From contig OZ024740.1 in NCBI GenBank assembly GCA_964016885.1, positions 381,486,001 through 381,550,000 on the forward strand: a stretch of 64,000 nucleotides of DNA. Reading direction: 5' to 3'. The stretch is from Eledone cirrhosa. Lineage: Eukaryota. The notes below the pieces were generated by a model. The model had not been told where the DNA came from. It did no database searches and was given only the letters and a program-made list of their open reading frames with translations. The position numbers and the translations under genes are program-made. Positions 1 through 12,899 of this stretch are shown one piece after another; within the stretch, counting starts at the first letter, position 1, and each line of letters starts with the position of its first letter.

Positions 1-3000
1 CAACGGTCCCTTCACCAGACGATCAAGTGAAAAGGGATGTAAAAACCATCCCTCCTCTACCAAAAGTACGGTAAGTGGTCTTTCCCATCTTTTCCACTCT
101 ATTTTAAACATGACCTCACTCAGAATAGGCAGCATAAATGCGCGTGGCTTGGGGTCGTCATGGAAGCAGGGTCACCTGCTCAACGACCTCAGGTCACTAA
201 ACATAGATGTAGTGGCCATCAGCGAGACCAGAATCTCCGAAGCACGGGCCTTCGCACCGATCTTCGGCGGCTACGATGTGTACGAATCTCCCAGCCGTCC
301 TGGATCGGGTGGAGGAGTTGCTGTGCTTTTTCGGAGAGGTTTGGATCTCGCCATACGGGCCATCTTCCTGGACCCAGAGGGTAAGCTGGTGGTGCTGGAC
401 GTGACCAGCGGAGACGGGCAAGCTTTCAGGCTAGTGGCCGTCTATGCCCCGACAGGAGCAGGGCGGCCTGATTTCTTCCGGCGTCTGGAGACCTTTCTTG
501 GAACGTCCCGCTCTTTAGTGTTAGTGGGCGACTGGAACGGGATCTTAGATGCACGCTGGGACTGTGTGGGATTAGCGGATAGGAGTGGAGGGTGCAAGAG
601 CCTCACCAACCTGCTCAGGCGTTTTGAACTGTCTGACAGGTACCGATTGGATTTCCCGAATGTGCCCATGTGGACTTGGACAAACCGCATAGGGTCATCC
701 AGATCATATCTAGATAGAGTATTTTGTAGGGAAATAGATAGGTCTAGCATAGGCTGTCCACAATTCAAGATAGTCAGCTACACGGACCACAAATTCGTGA
801 CCTGTGTGCTTGACTTAGATAGGCTTCATAGACGAGGACCCGGCTACTGGAAGCTAAACGCGTCCTTACCAGCGCGCAAGGCCTACAGAGACCGGATTAG
901 CGAACTAGTTAAGCGGGCGTTGACGGGGGCCATCGTCAACAACAAGTGGTGGTTTGCTCTGAAAAGAGCGATTAGAATAGAATCGATTAGGTTTAGTAAG
1001 GCTTTAGCAATAGAGAAAAATAGAGCAGAGGGAGAACTAGTTAGAAAATTAGACGAGGTGCTTAGCAAAGGCATTGCGACCGACGTGCTTGCGGCGAAAT
1101 TGGCCCTTGACCAATTCTTCAATGCAAAGCACGAAGGCTGCGTTGTCAGAGCTAGGGTGCGTGCTCTCAGACACGAGGGGACGAAAGCCGTTCAATGGGC
1201 CCGAGTGGCGGAGGCGCGTCGTGGCAACAAAGCCACGATCCGGTCTTTGGTGGACCACGACGGGCGCATGCTACTCGATCCCGGGCAAATGTGTGAAGCT
1301 TTTCAGCGACACTTCGCTCAGCTGTTCGGGGGCAGCGGGGGGCCGGGTAGAGGGATGGACTTTAGTGTCTACCTCGACGGACTGCCGCGGCTCTCGGCCA
1401 CTGAGGCGAAGTGTTGCGAAAAGCCGATAACAGCCGCTGAAGTACGGGAGGCAATGACTGGCTGCACAAGGGGTAAATCGCCTGGTTTGGATGGTCTGCC
1501 CTATGAACTTTACGTACAGATGCCAGACATGTTCGGAGGCCTCTTGGCGGACGTCTACTGCAACTGGCAACAGAACGGGAGAATTCCCAGTTCTGTGAGC
1601 CGAGGAGCGGTGGCACTGCTGAGAAAGGATCCGAACAAGGGGGATAACATAGACAATTTCCGGCCCATAACTCTGCTAAACACAGAGTTTAAGATTTTGG
1701 CCAAGGTGCTAGCAAAGAGGTTGGCGCTTGTCGTTGGTGGTCTGGTGGGAGAGGCGCAGACATGCGCCATTCCCGACAGATCCATCCACGACAACCTCCA
1801 CCTCATGCGATACATCGTAGAGAGGGTAGCTAGGGAACCTGGCACGGGTGGGTCCTTGATCAATTTAGATCAGTCGAAAGCTTTCGATAGGGTCGACCAT
1901 CGTTACCTAGCGGCAGTCCTGAGGGCGGCTGGCTTTGGGCCCGTCTCCAGAGGCTGGATCGCTGCCATGCACAGCGACATCTGCTCTGTGGTGAGATTGA
2001 ACGGTCACCTGTCGGAACCGTTCAACATCATGCGCTCGGTCCGCCAAGGATGTCCCCTCTCGTCCCTCTTGTACGTATTGACTCTCGAGCCATTACTGCA
2101 CAAACTGGAGACGTTGAGGGGAGTCCCGCGCGAACTAGGATGCGGAAGATCCGTGTCAGCATATGCGGACGATGTCACCGTAGTGGTGTCGAACGCCAAA
2201 CACATCGAGGCGATCGGCACTACACTAAGAGAATACGAAGCGGTGACAGGAGCAATGATCAACCAGGAAAAGTCAGTGGGCCTGCAGCTCGGCACCTGGA
2301 GAGGCAGGTCCATGCCGTCCAACAGCGTCGTCGGGCGCTGGACGGACGGACCGGTTAAATTGCTAGGGGTCTGGTTCGGTCCGGACCTCCAGACGGACAA
2401 AAACTGGGACGAGGTGACGAGCAGGGTGGCTTCTCTCACCCAGAAATGGGCGGAGAGGAAGCTATCCCTGAAAGGTCGAGCGGAGGTGGCTAACGCGTAC
2501 ATCGCGTCTGTCATCTGCTACCGCCTAACCGTCGTACCTTGTCCTAAGCCTCGCCTGACTGCGCTGGAGCGTTTGCTCTTTCGCTTTTTGTGGAAGGGAC
2601 GTGCTCCGATGGTCAGGCGGTCCATCTGTTGTCAACACCCGCTACGTGGAGGGCTGGGCATGCCGTGGCTGATGATGCGCAGGCACGCGCTCAGGCTACG
2701 ACATCTCCACCTCTTCCTCGACGGTGATCAGGTGTGGTCGCCGTTTGCTAGACGCGTTTTTCCCCAGCTCGTTTCCTTGACGGAGCTGCAGTCCTGGGTC
2801 AAGCGAAGACCGAGAGGGAGCGCCTGGAGACTGGAATGTCTTCAGGCGCTCACAGCCCTCGACCAATCGGGCAATGTGATCGGTGGAAACTCCACCTCGG
2901 CGTTCTATAGAGGATTAGTGGAGGGGAAGAGCGACGACGTACTTGGGGAAACTCTAGGCGTCGACGAAAATCAACTAGCCAATCTCTTCGGAAGAACTTT

Positions 3001-3789
3001 CGGGCCAGGGCCTATGGACAACTTCCAGAAATCTCTGGCCTGGCAGTGCTACCGAGGAGCCTTGCCAGTTCGGGATAAACTCTACAGGCATGGAGGTGCC
3101 GTCAGCCGGGCATGTCCGAGATGCGCGCAGGGCGACGAAACCGTCCTGCACGCACTCGTCCAGTGTCCGAAAATTGCTGACTTGTGGGTTTATGTCGAAC
3201 ACCTGCTGTCGCGTTTAGGACGGATCCGGCTATCATCTGAGTCCATCGTGAGGATTGCCCCGCCCTCCTCCTTTAGCCGGGAAGGGCAGGCAGTTTTTAT
3301 CTGCCTGGTGGCCATGGCGAAAGAGATAGTATGGTGGACACGTTTGAAAGGGCTGAAGACGAGCACTTACCTCTTCGGTGATGCTCTGATTGACTTTTTC
3401 AAATTTCATTTGAAAAGGAAAATCAGAGTAGAGAAGGAAGTGCTCTCTTCCCAGCATTTTGTTGAAAGATGGGTGAGAGAAGCAAGAATGGCCCGAGTGA
3501 ATGGGCCGACTCTGAGTATATATCTGTAAACTAAAGGTGGAAAACTGGGAGAGGGCACTTGCCTTGGTGGTCAGGGTCATTGTGGCTTTTTACTGGGCTT
3601 TCTCCACAAATGTCCCTCCGAAGTCTCCCCCCTATTGGGGAATTTTTCATTGTTATTTTCATTGTTATTTTTGTTACATCCTCTGTTTTTGTTTTTTTAC
3701 ACGCAGAAATGCCCATTTGTACCGTCCTGCATTGTCCTGCACTGTCCTTAATGTCTACTTTATGTAAACCCTTGTGGTTAATAAAGAAA

Positions 3790-3790
<1 letters not shown>
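1..3790 (+). mobile_element. Tx1-like non-LTR retrotransposon; 5' part outside window, probable ORF1 tail ending at TAA 72-74, 3' UTR 3530-3790
   Basis: ORF2 above; 3' UTR ends in AATAAAGAAAT directly against (ATT)n; same terminus seen in the related copy at ~33850. Confidence 0.9.
110..3529 (+). CDS. L1/Tx1-clade LINE ORF2 (APE endonuclease, reverse transcriptase, zf-RVT), uninterrupted 1139 aa
   Basis: APE motifs (SINARG, SET, GGGVAVL, VYAP, GDWN, SYLDR, TDH); RT motifs (KSPGLDG, FRPITLLN, DQSKAFDRVDH, VRQGCPLS, AYADD); C-terminal CPRC...ETVLHALVQC. Confidence 0.97.
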   Translation: MTSLRIGSINARGLGSSWKQGHLLNDLRSLNIDVVAISETRISEARAFAPIFGGYDVYESPSRPGSGGGVAVLFRRGLDLAIRAIFLDPEGKLVVLDVTSGDGQAFRLVAVYAPTGAGRPDFFRRLETFLGTSRSLVLVGDWNGILDARWDCVGLADRSGGCKSLTNLLRRFELSDRYRLDFPNVPMWTWTNRIGSSRSYLDRVFCREIDRSSIGCPQFKIVSYTDHKFVTCVLDLDRLHRRGPGYWKLNASLPARKAYRDRISELVKRALTGAIVNNKWWFALKRAIRIESIRFSKALAIEKNRAEGELVRKLDEVLSKGIATDVLAAKLALDQFFNAKHEGCVVRARVRALRHEGTKAVQWARVAEARRGNKATIRSLVDHDGRMLLDPGQMCEAFQRHFAQLFGGSGGPGRGMDFSVYLDGLPRLSATEAKCCEKPITAAEVREAMTGCTRGKSPGLDGLPYELYVQMPDMFGGLLADVYCNWQQNGRIPSSVSRGAVALLRKDPNKGDNIDNFRPITLLNTEFKILAKVLAKRLALVVGGLVGEAQTCAIPDRSIHDNLHLMRYIVERVAREPGTGGSLINLDQSKAFDRVDHRYLAAVLRAAGFGPVSRGWIAAMHSDICSVVRLNGHLSEPFNIMRSVRQGCPLSSLLYVLTLEPLLHKLETLRGVPRELGCGRSVSAYADDVTVVVSNAKHIEAIGTTLREYEAVTGAMINQEKSVGLQLGTWRGRSMPSNSVVGRWTDGPVKLLGVWFGPDLQTDKNWDEVTSRVASLTQKWAERKLSLKGRAEVANAYIASVICYRLTVVPCPKPRLTALERLLFRFLWKGRAPMVRRSICCQHPLRGGLGMPWLMMRRHALRLRHLHLFLDGDQVWSPFARRVFPQLVSLTELQSWVKRRPRGSAWRLECLQALTALDQSGNVIGGNSTSAFYRGLVEGKSDDVLGETLGVDENQLANLFGRTFGPGPMDNFQKSLAWQCYRGALPVRDKLYRHGGAVSRACPRCAQGDETVLHALVQCPKIADLWVYVEHLLSRLGRIRLSSESIVRIAPPSSFSREGQAVFICLVAMAKEIVWWTRLKGLKTSTYLFGDALIDFFKFHLKRKIRVEKEVLSSQHFVERWVREARMARVNGPTLSIYL

Positions 3791-3791
<1 letters not shown>

Positions 3792-3845
<54 letters not shown>

Positions 3846-3852
3846 GTTATTA
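3792..3852. repeat. (ATT/TAA)n microsatellite between the 3' ends of two convergent LINEs
   Basis: Seen directly. Confidence 0.95.
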
Positions 3853-6800
3853 CTCTTTGAGTCTCAGTCATTGATGTTAGTTAACTGGAAAGTTTGTTGA
3901 AATGAATATCAAGCCACTACCTGCAGCCTCAGATATTCAGGACGCATCGGAGGGTTCTTGCTGTTCCCAGCAAGCATGCCTTTTGAAGCGTTCCAAAAAG
4001 CGTGAAGGGGCCAATTTTCTTTAACCATCCCTGGAAACTTTTTGAGATAGTTCCTAGTGCGCCTATGACAATCGGGATCACTTTGACCTCATGGCAGTTC
4101 CAAATCCTTTTTACCTCCCACTTTAAGTCCTGGTATCGGTTAATTTTCTCCCTCTCCTTCTCTTGCACACTCGTGTCGAATGGGCAGGCCACATCCACAA
4201 TCAAGCACGATCTTTTTTCTTTGTCCACAACCACCAGGTCAGGTCTATTGTGTTCCAGTTTCTTGTCCGTCTGTATCCTAAAATCCCAGAGCACCTTCAC
4301 CTGATCCTTTTCTATCACCGTTTCTGGCTTATGCTCATACCACTTCTCAGAATGTGGTAAATTGTTTACTTTGCATAGGTGCAAGTGGATCACCCTGCCC
4401 ATCACATCATGTCTCCAGCCCTTATAGTGAGTCTGGGCTAGGTGTTTACACTCGGATACAATGTGAGCCACAGTCTCCTCTCTCTCTCCACAGATCCTGC
4501 ACAGTGGGCTAGCCTCCTCCTTGTAAATATGGTGTTTCAACCACTTCGTTTTGAGGGCCTGCTCCTGCGCAGCCATTAACATTCCTTCTGTAGCCTTTTT
4601 AAGATCTCCTCTTTTCAACCAGTTCCATGTCTCTGGATCTCTAAATTCAGTTTTCTCAAAGAAGGTACTATGAAGGGATTTTTCCTGAAGGCTGCTCTTA
4701 CTCCTTGATGTTATTTCCTCCTTGGACATCCCCTGGCCTATTGTCCCCTCCTTCAGTACAGTTCTGAGCATTGGCTCCTTACTATCAGTCACGTATTTGT
4801 GTAGGTTGTTTTTCTCCATCTGAACACAGTCCTCTATGCTGATAAGACCTCTTCCACCTTCAGATCTCCTTAAGTAGAGTCTATTGACATCACTCCTCTT
4901 GTGGAACATGTTGTAGATAATCAATAGCTTCCTAGTCTTCCTATCCATTTCTTTTTGTTCAGCAACATTCCATCTCAGAATTCTCGCACTGTACCTAATA
5001 ATAGACACAGCTCGGGAATTTACTGCACTTATGGCATTCCTACTGTTCAGATGTGACTTTAATACTCTCCATACTCTCCGAATGTATTCAGTTCTTATCA
5101 ATTACTTCATTTTTTTGTTCTTGATGTCACCAGCCTCCAGAACGCCCAAATACTTGTATCCTTCTTCAGAGTCAATTTCCTCTATCATCTCACCCGTTGG
5201 TACCTGGATTCCGTTACTTCTGCTCAACTTACCCCTCTTCATCACAATGACTCCACACTTACTAATACCAAATTGCATACATATATCATTGCTGAAAATA
5301 CGGACAGTGTCAACAAGCACATCTAACTCCTTCTCACTCTTCCCGAAGAGCTTAAGATCGTCCATGAAGAGGAGGTGATTGATGGTAAGGCTTCCCTTTC
5401 CCAACCTGTATCCTGCTCTCACTTTTCGCAGTACACTGGTCAGGGGCATCAGGGCAAGGACAAACAACAGAGGGGGCAGTCTATCTCCCTGGAAGATACC
5501 TCTCTTGATCTTCACGCTTCCCAAGGATTCTCCAGTTGATGTTAATTCTGTTTCCCAGGACTTCATACTTTTGCCCAACAACTGTCTGATGTTATCTGCC
5601 ACCTTGAAGATCTCCAGGCTTTTGGTGATCCAAGAATGAGGCACCATGTCAAATATCTTTTTGTAGTCTATCCATCCCATGGCAAGACCAGTGTGACTCC
5701 TCTTGCAATTCCTCATTACCATCTTATCAATAAGTAACTGGTCCTTTGTACCACGTGACTTCTTTCGGCACCCTTTCTGTTCGTCCGGTAACAAGTTGTT
5801 TGTGTGGAGGTGATGGTAGATTTCCTCAGACATAATGCTTGTCAACAGTTTCCACATTACGGACAGACATGTAATCGGTTTATAGTTGGTAACATCATTA
5901 CCCTTGATTCGGTCTTTCATTATCAGAACTGTGGTACCTTTTGTCAACCACTCTGGTACCTCACCTGACATCAAGCAGTCATTGAACATGGTTGTCAGTT
6001 CCGGGTGGAGGGATGTTATATGTTTAATCCAACACCCCTGCACACCATCTAGGCCTGGTGATTTCCAGTTGGTTAGTTTTTTGGCCTGCCCCTTAAGAGT
6101 TTCAACTGTGATACTCAAATCAGTTTGTTGGTGTGCCTGTTCACTAATTTCCTTCTGTACTGTCTCAATCCACACTGCCTGGTCATTATGTTTAACATCC
6201 TGCTCCCATATTCCTCTCCAGAATGTTTTAGTTTGTTCCGCCTCAGGGATCAAGTCGTTGCCTCTTTCTTTCCCTTCAAGCTGTCCAAACAGCATCTTCT
6301 GGTTGTTGTCGAACATGCGGTTCTGTCTATACTGACTGACTCTGCTCTCGTATCGCCTGATTTTTGCACTCTTTGCTACAATGCGTTGCTTCAGTTCCTC
6401 TATGATAATATTTAGCTTCTTCCTCCTAGTTTTGTACTTTATTTCCAGTCTATTTTTAGTGTCTATTTTTTTTAGTGTCCCATTCAGTAGGGACTCAAGC
6501 TTTCCAATGTCATTTCTCATTTCCCTGATTTGACCACTCAGTCGTTTCTTCCACCAAGGCTCTGCTCTTTCTTGTCTGTTGTTTCCTCTCGCTTTTATAC
6601 CAAGTAAGTAGTTTCCTCACCGTATTTGCTGTTCCTTTGAGGATATTGTTGCACTGGTGAAGGCTCCTCGCCTCAAGGTATGGGATGACTTAGTTTACTT
6701 TAGCTGTTGTTTCTTTTAACTTTTTCCTGTCTACAAATCTTAGGTTCATAGGTCTCCCACTATCATTGTTCAATTCATCTACCACTAAGTTTAGGATATC

Positions 6801-7400
6801 AACCAAATCTTGTCCTAGCCCGTCAGCATTCATCTCCTCAGTGGCCGTATCTCTGTTCCAGGTATTATTTATCTCAGCATTCAGATCATTGTCTGCTTCG
6901 GGTGGTTCCTCCGTTCTCTCGACCTCTTCACCTTCATTTCCCACTGGCTCGTTTGCCTGGCATACTCCACTCTCCATCTCCAAGCTAATCTCTCTGCTCA
7001 GTTCCTCCAGTTCCAGCTCGCTTATCCACCCATTAGTTCTTATTACCCGAGCCTGCCCGGCCAATTTTTGTTCATCTAATTTAAATAGACCAATCTCGTT
7101 CCAGATGTTATGCATCCGTTTCCTATAGCCTTTCTCCTTGGGGTTACTCTTCAGGTAACATTGCATAACAGTTCTATTCAATTCTTTCGTCCAGTTGGTT
7201 CTGGTCCCTTTCCTTCTTCTTCTTCCTCTGACACCAGCAGTATTTGGTTGACAGCCAGGTCCCTGATGCTGAGCCAGGGAGCACCTGTTGGGTGAGAGTC
7301 TGTCACATGACATTCTAGTCTCCATTTCACCGTTATTCGAACTGTTTAGGTTCGACATTTAAACACTCTTATCGAGGATTGGCGGATGTATGGTTACATA
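3853..7400 (-). mobile_element. R4/Dong-clade non-LTR retrotransposon (RT, CCHC, restriction-like endonuclease), near full length, disrupted
   Basis: ORFs 6690-7358, 5102-6520 and 3929-5101; the last two are in frame and split by one TAA. Motifs KSPGLDG, YKPITCL, GIFQGD, HLLFMDDLKL, CRICG..ETVAHIVSEC, RHD, RPDLVVVD, DVACPFD, PIVIGALG. Confidence 0.92.
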
Positions 7401-8672
7401 ACCACCGGTGATTTCATCCCCTCCGATAGTTTCGTCACTCCACGTGATTTGTGTGTGGCATTATCACGCTGTAGACGAACATAAATAAACAAACAAAAAA
7501 CAGGCCAAAAAAGCCCCCCAAAATGAATAAGCATAAGTTTCATTGTAATGTAGTGTTTGAATGTCTGACTTAGTTTTTCCCTTCCCTTCTCTGTCCGTCT
7601 GTTTGTTTTTCTCTTCATTTTTCTTTTCTTTTCTTTACGTTTTTCGTTGTTGCTGTGCTGCTTTGATTTTTATTTTTGTTTTTTTTTATTTTGACCGGGT
7701 CATCAATTCAGTCTATTTATATATTTTGATGCCTTCCTCTTTTAGTGGGGATTCTACGATGCAGCAGGGGATAGCGGGAGAGAATAGCGGCGGTAGCGAT
7801 AATGAGGCAGTGGTGGTGGTGATGTGATCGTAGTACTGTAGTGATGGTGTTGAAGTTGGAGTAGAAATAGCGGTTGAGTCGACTTGACCAGAGTTTTCAT
7901 CGTGGTAGTGGTGGTGGTGTTGGTGGTGAAATTATCTTTAGTTATTTAGTCATTTTGTCATTTTGTCATTTTTCTCCTTTTCGACTCTAACATTCCTGAT
8001 CCAAAATTAAATATTAATCTTGTTTATTAATATTGTCTAGTGATACCGCCACCTTCCCCTTTCGTAAGTTAACAGAAGGTAATGGGGGGATAGCGGTGGT
8101 AGCAATGAAGGAGTGGTGGTGGCCGTGATGGGATAGTGGTAGTAATGATGGATGGGTGGCGGCGGCGGTGACTGTAGTGATGGCGTTGTCGTTACTGAGT
8201 TTTGTTGAATAGACTGTATTTTTGTTTGATCGGTGAATCTATGGGGTTAGTCGCGTATATGTGTTGACATATTTACTTAATATTGGAATTAAACATTTTT
8301 TTAAAACTTGAGACAATAATAATAGTAATTATTATTATTATGCTGAGATTGGTGGTGGTGGTGGTGAAATTGCCGTTATCTGGCTGAAGTATTTAGTGTA
8401 CACAGAGGGCTGATGGGATGATGGGGTAGGTGGTGTATCTAGTTTCTGTTCTTGGTGAAATTGCTGTTATTTGGCTGTTCTATATAGTGTAGACAGAGGG
8501 GGTTTTCTTCCATTTATAACCATTTTCTTTTTTGAATATAAAATGTATAATACAAAATTGAATATTTGAGCGATATAACAATATATTATGGATCCGAATT
8601 TTTCTGAGACTTAAGCCGGATGCTTTATGTATCATTTGTACTAAGAATTGTAACTAAGAATTGTAACTAAGA

Positions 8673-8717
8673 ATTCTTCTTCTTCTTCTTCTTCTTCTTC
8701 TTCTTCTTCTTCTTCTT

Positions 8718-8780
<63 letters not shown>
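8673..8780. repeat. Compound (TTC)n-(TTA)n microsatellite preceded by about 3 copies of CTAAGAATTGTAA
   Basis: Seen directly. Confidence 0.9.
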
Positions 8781-8781
<1 letters not shown>

Positions 8782-8995
8782 GGGTGGTGGATTGACAGCA
8801 TCGGTAGAGCGTCAGACAACATGCTTTGCCACATTGAGTTACGGCCCTTTACAATCTGAGGTCAAATCTTGCCAAGGTTAACTTTGCTTTTCATCCTTGC
8901 GGGGTCGATAAAATAAAGTACCAGTCACGCACTGGAGTCGATTTAATCGCCTTTCCCTTCCCACAAAATTGCTGGCCTTGTGCCTATATAAAAAC
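8781..8995 (+). mobile_element. tRNA-derived SINE (octopus OK-like)
   Basis: A-box-like TTGACAGCATCGGTAGAGCG, B-box-like GAGGTCAAATC, core GGGGTCGATAAAATAAAGTACCAGT and tail GCTGGCCTTGTGCC; several copies in window. Confidence 0.85.
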
Positions 8996-9000
8996 ACATT

Positions 9001-9212
9001 AGGTGAATTGGCAGTATCGATGGAGGGTCGGACGCCATGCTATCCAGCATAGTTCCGTCCCTTTACTGTCTGATTTCAAATCCCGTCGAGGTTAAATTTG
9101 CCTTTCCTCCTTACGGGGTCGATGAAATAAAGTACCAGTCACGCACTGGGGTCGATTTAATCGACTTTCCCCTCTCCCCAAAATTGCTGGCCTTGTGCCT
9201 ATAGTAGAAACA
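9001..9212 (+). mobile_element. tRNA-derived SINE (OK-like), tandem second copy with (TTG)n tail
   Basis: High similarity to 8781-8995. Confidence 0.85.
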
Positions 9213-9419
9213 ATTATTGTTGTTATTGTTGTTGTTGTTGTGGTTGTTGTTGATATTATTTTCAGATTGTTTATTAGAAAAAAAAAAAAAAAAAAGGTAC
9301 TCAAACTATTATTTTTGATGGGAAAGTATGCAGTTGGTACAAGAAATAGTTTTACATTTACTTAATAACACACATGTATTTCTGAGTGTATATAAATATA
9401 TATGTTTAAATACACTTCC

Positions 9420-10247
<828 letters not shown>

Positions 10248-10416
10248 GTTATAAATGGGAACAAATGAAGAATTAATAAGAGGGAGAGATAGAGATCTTT
10301 GTTGACATGTTTCCCTGTCTATAAAGGGTATCCTTGTGCTAAGCGATGCTGTACATTCAGCATTAGCTACTCTACATTCGGCATTGATTTCTATTCTTGG
10401 CAAGGTCATCATTCCA

Positions 10417-10650
10417 CTTCTTCCACCAGATAATCCTGAGAGGGTCATGTGGGACGAGTCCTCAAATTCTCCTTTCAGCAGGTTCTGGATCCCAAAGCGT
10501 GACCAGCCAAGTCATGGATATTATCCAACCATCTTGCTCGGTGTCTACCCCTGGGTCTTCAGCCGGTTGGTCTTGCCAGTAAAATCTGTCCAGCGATTCC
10601 TTCCTGGGACATTCTAACCACGTCGTAGCTACGACGAAGCGAGTAGAGGC
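10417..10650 (-). mobile_element. RTE-clade LINE 3' fragment
   Basis: Similar to 20440-20680 and to the reverse of 35700-35900; encodes a degenerate GRPRARWLD-type C-terminus. Confidence 0.7.
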
Positions 10651-10769
10651 CGTCACTAAATAAGACTAGTATTCATGGATTTGGCAAGGTTATCCGTTTC
10701 ACTAAATCTTTCATTGTATTAATTTATACTTTTAGAAGACCAGATATAAGGATGGGTTGTACGTAGCGA

Positions 10770-10890
10770 TATTTGTGTAGCTAAGAAGTTGGCTACTCAA
10801 TCATGATGTCCATTGCGTGAAATCTTTGGCATATCGTCTTTACCATACCCTCCAATCGACACAACCCTTGAGACAGAACTTGGAAGCTCA
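10770..10890 (+). mobile_element. Degenerate tRNA-SINE (OR-like)
   Basis: GTGTAGCTAAGAAGTTGGCT head and CTTTGGCATATCGTCTT CORE-like remnant. Confidence 0.4.
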
Positions 10891-11479
10891 TCAGATGGAT
10901 TATAATTATAATTCAAACGACCAGCCTTGCCAGATATTGTCACACAGATTCTGCATGAATATTTTAATAAGTATCAGTAGAATATTCAACCCTTTATATG
11001 TATAATACACGTATATACGTTCAGTTCATCGAATAATTAATTGCTCATTGTCGAAAGCTTGCATATAATTTCTATGTGTACGTCTTCTATATACGAGTTT
11101 AGCATTATAAAAGCCTATACAGGACAGAGGAATAAAGTAGAGCAAAATGGCTAACCCCGAAATGCATAAGGGCAAATATTGACAAAAAAGACAACAATAA
11201 AACACAAAAACAAAAAACGAGAAAAGAAGACGAAAAATTCATTCTCACATGGGACACAGAAACACAGACGCATATGCGGAGTAACACATGAATACATATA
11301 AAATAATGTATTGAGATATATAATATTTACAAAGTAGATTTAGAAGGAAACAAAACAATATGAAAGATGAGACAAAAGTTCAATGACCCTAGATTCAACC
11401 ACCATTTTAACAAATATACCTCAAAGGATTGGATTTGTTAGTTTGAAATTCAATTAGGCGGCAGCATAAAGCAAATGGA

Positions 11480-11602
11480 GTATGAGTGTATTATATATAT
11501 ATACCCATATACATACGTGTAAATATTTACACACGCACACACACACACATATATATATATGTATATATACATGTATATTGATATACATAAACGCAGACAT
11601 AC

Positions 11603-11639
<37 letters not shown>

Positions 11640-11866
11640 AATATCCACATATATAGACCCATATATGTATATACGTACACAGGCAGATACTTAGACACAC
11701 GCACACACATGCAAACGATCATATAAGCATACAGATATATACACACATACACACACGATGACACACATTCATTCATATATATAATAGATCTTTATTATAA
11801 GGTTTCTCAACAATAAAAGAATATATGAAACAAAGTACAAGATAATAGCGACAATATCAGAGTCGA

Positions 11867-11940
<74 letters not shown>

Positions 11941-12102
11941 ATAATAATAATAATAATAATAATAATATTTAACGAACAATGATTTTCATTATTGATATTT
12001 TATTGTATTCACTCTTGTTATTATAAAATAGCATCTCCGCATTGTTGAATATATATATATATATACACACACACATTGTTTTATATGAATTCATACATAC
12101 AA

Positions 12103-12161
<59 letters not shown>

Positions 12162-12170
12162 GTTATGTAC

Positions 12171-12215
<45 letters not shown>

Positions 12216-12284
12216 ACATATATATATATATACACACACATATATATATATACACATATTTTTTATATGAATTAATACATACAA

Positions 12285-12323
<39 letters not shown>

Positions 12324-12380
12324 TTGTTTTATATTGAATTTATACATACAAATGTATATGTATATATATATATATATATA
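11480..12380. repeat. Microsatellite cluster: (TA), (CA), (TAC)n-(TAA)n
   Basis: Seen directly. Confidence 0.9.
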
Positions 12381-12630
12381 AATGAAAAGTATAGAGATTA
12401 TTGTACGAAGAAGCCAACAGTATTCCATAATATATAAGTGACTATAGCGTCAAAATGGAAAAATAGTTAACGTAAGATGTGGGAAAATAATTCAAACTCA
12501 ATTAAAAAAGAATCAGGATATAGATTCTTCCACAGAATTTAGTGAAATCCAGGGAAAAATCAATAGAGCCTTAACTCAGAATAAAATAAAGTTTAAAATA
12601 CTCATCCTTCAATTTGGAAAAACTACAAAT

Positions 12631-12709
12631 GCTCTGTATAGTCTTAAAAGACTATTTCACGAAACTTTCAGTGGGGATGGTCACGGTTGGAGTCGATCAT
12701 CAGCAGAGC
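12631..12709 (-). ncRNA. Type I hammerhead ribozyme
   Basis: Minus strand: GCTCTG-CTGATGA-(imperfect stem II)-GAAA-TAGTCTT tt AAGACTA-TA-CAGAGC; perfect stems I and III, intact core. Confidence 0.8.
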
Positions 12710-12769
12710 TCAAAGACACGATAACCAAAGTACCACTGTTTATAATATGCCAAAAGGGAATGTGTGTGT

Positions 12770-12867
<98 letters not shown>

Positions 12868-12899
12868 GTCTGTCTCTGTGTATAAATGATTGATAATTA

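Noticed and set aside
7480-8520. GT-rich segment with internal duplications
   Set aside because: Low complexity with no diagnostic motif; it may be a LINE ORF1 or UTR remnant but cannot be assigned.
8781-9212. tRNA genes
   Set aside because: The A/B boxes belong to multi-copy SINE heads and there is no cloverleaf.
11110-11175. Hammerhead 3' half (GAAA-TGCA-TA-AGGGC)
   Set aside because: No CUGANGA core upstream.
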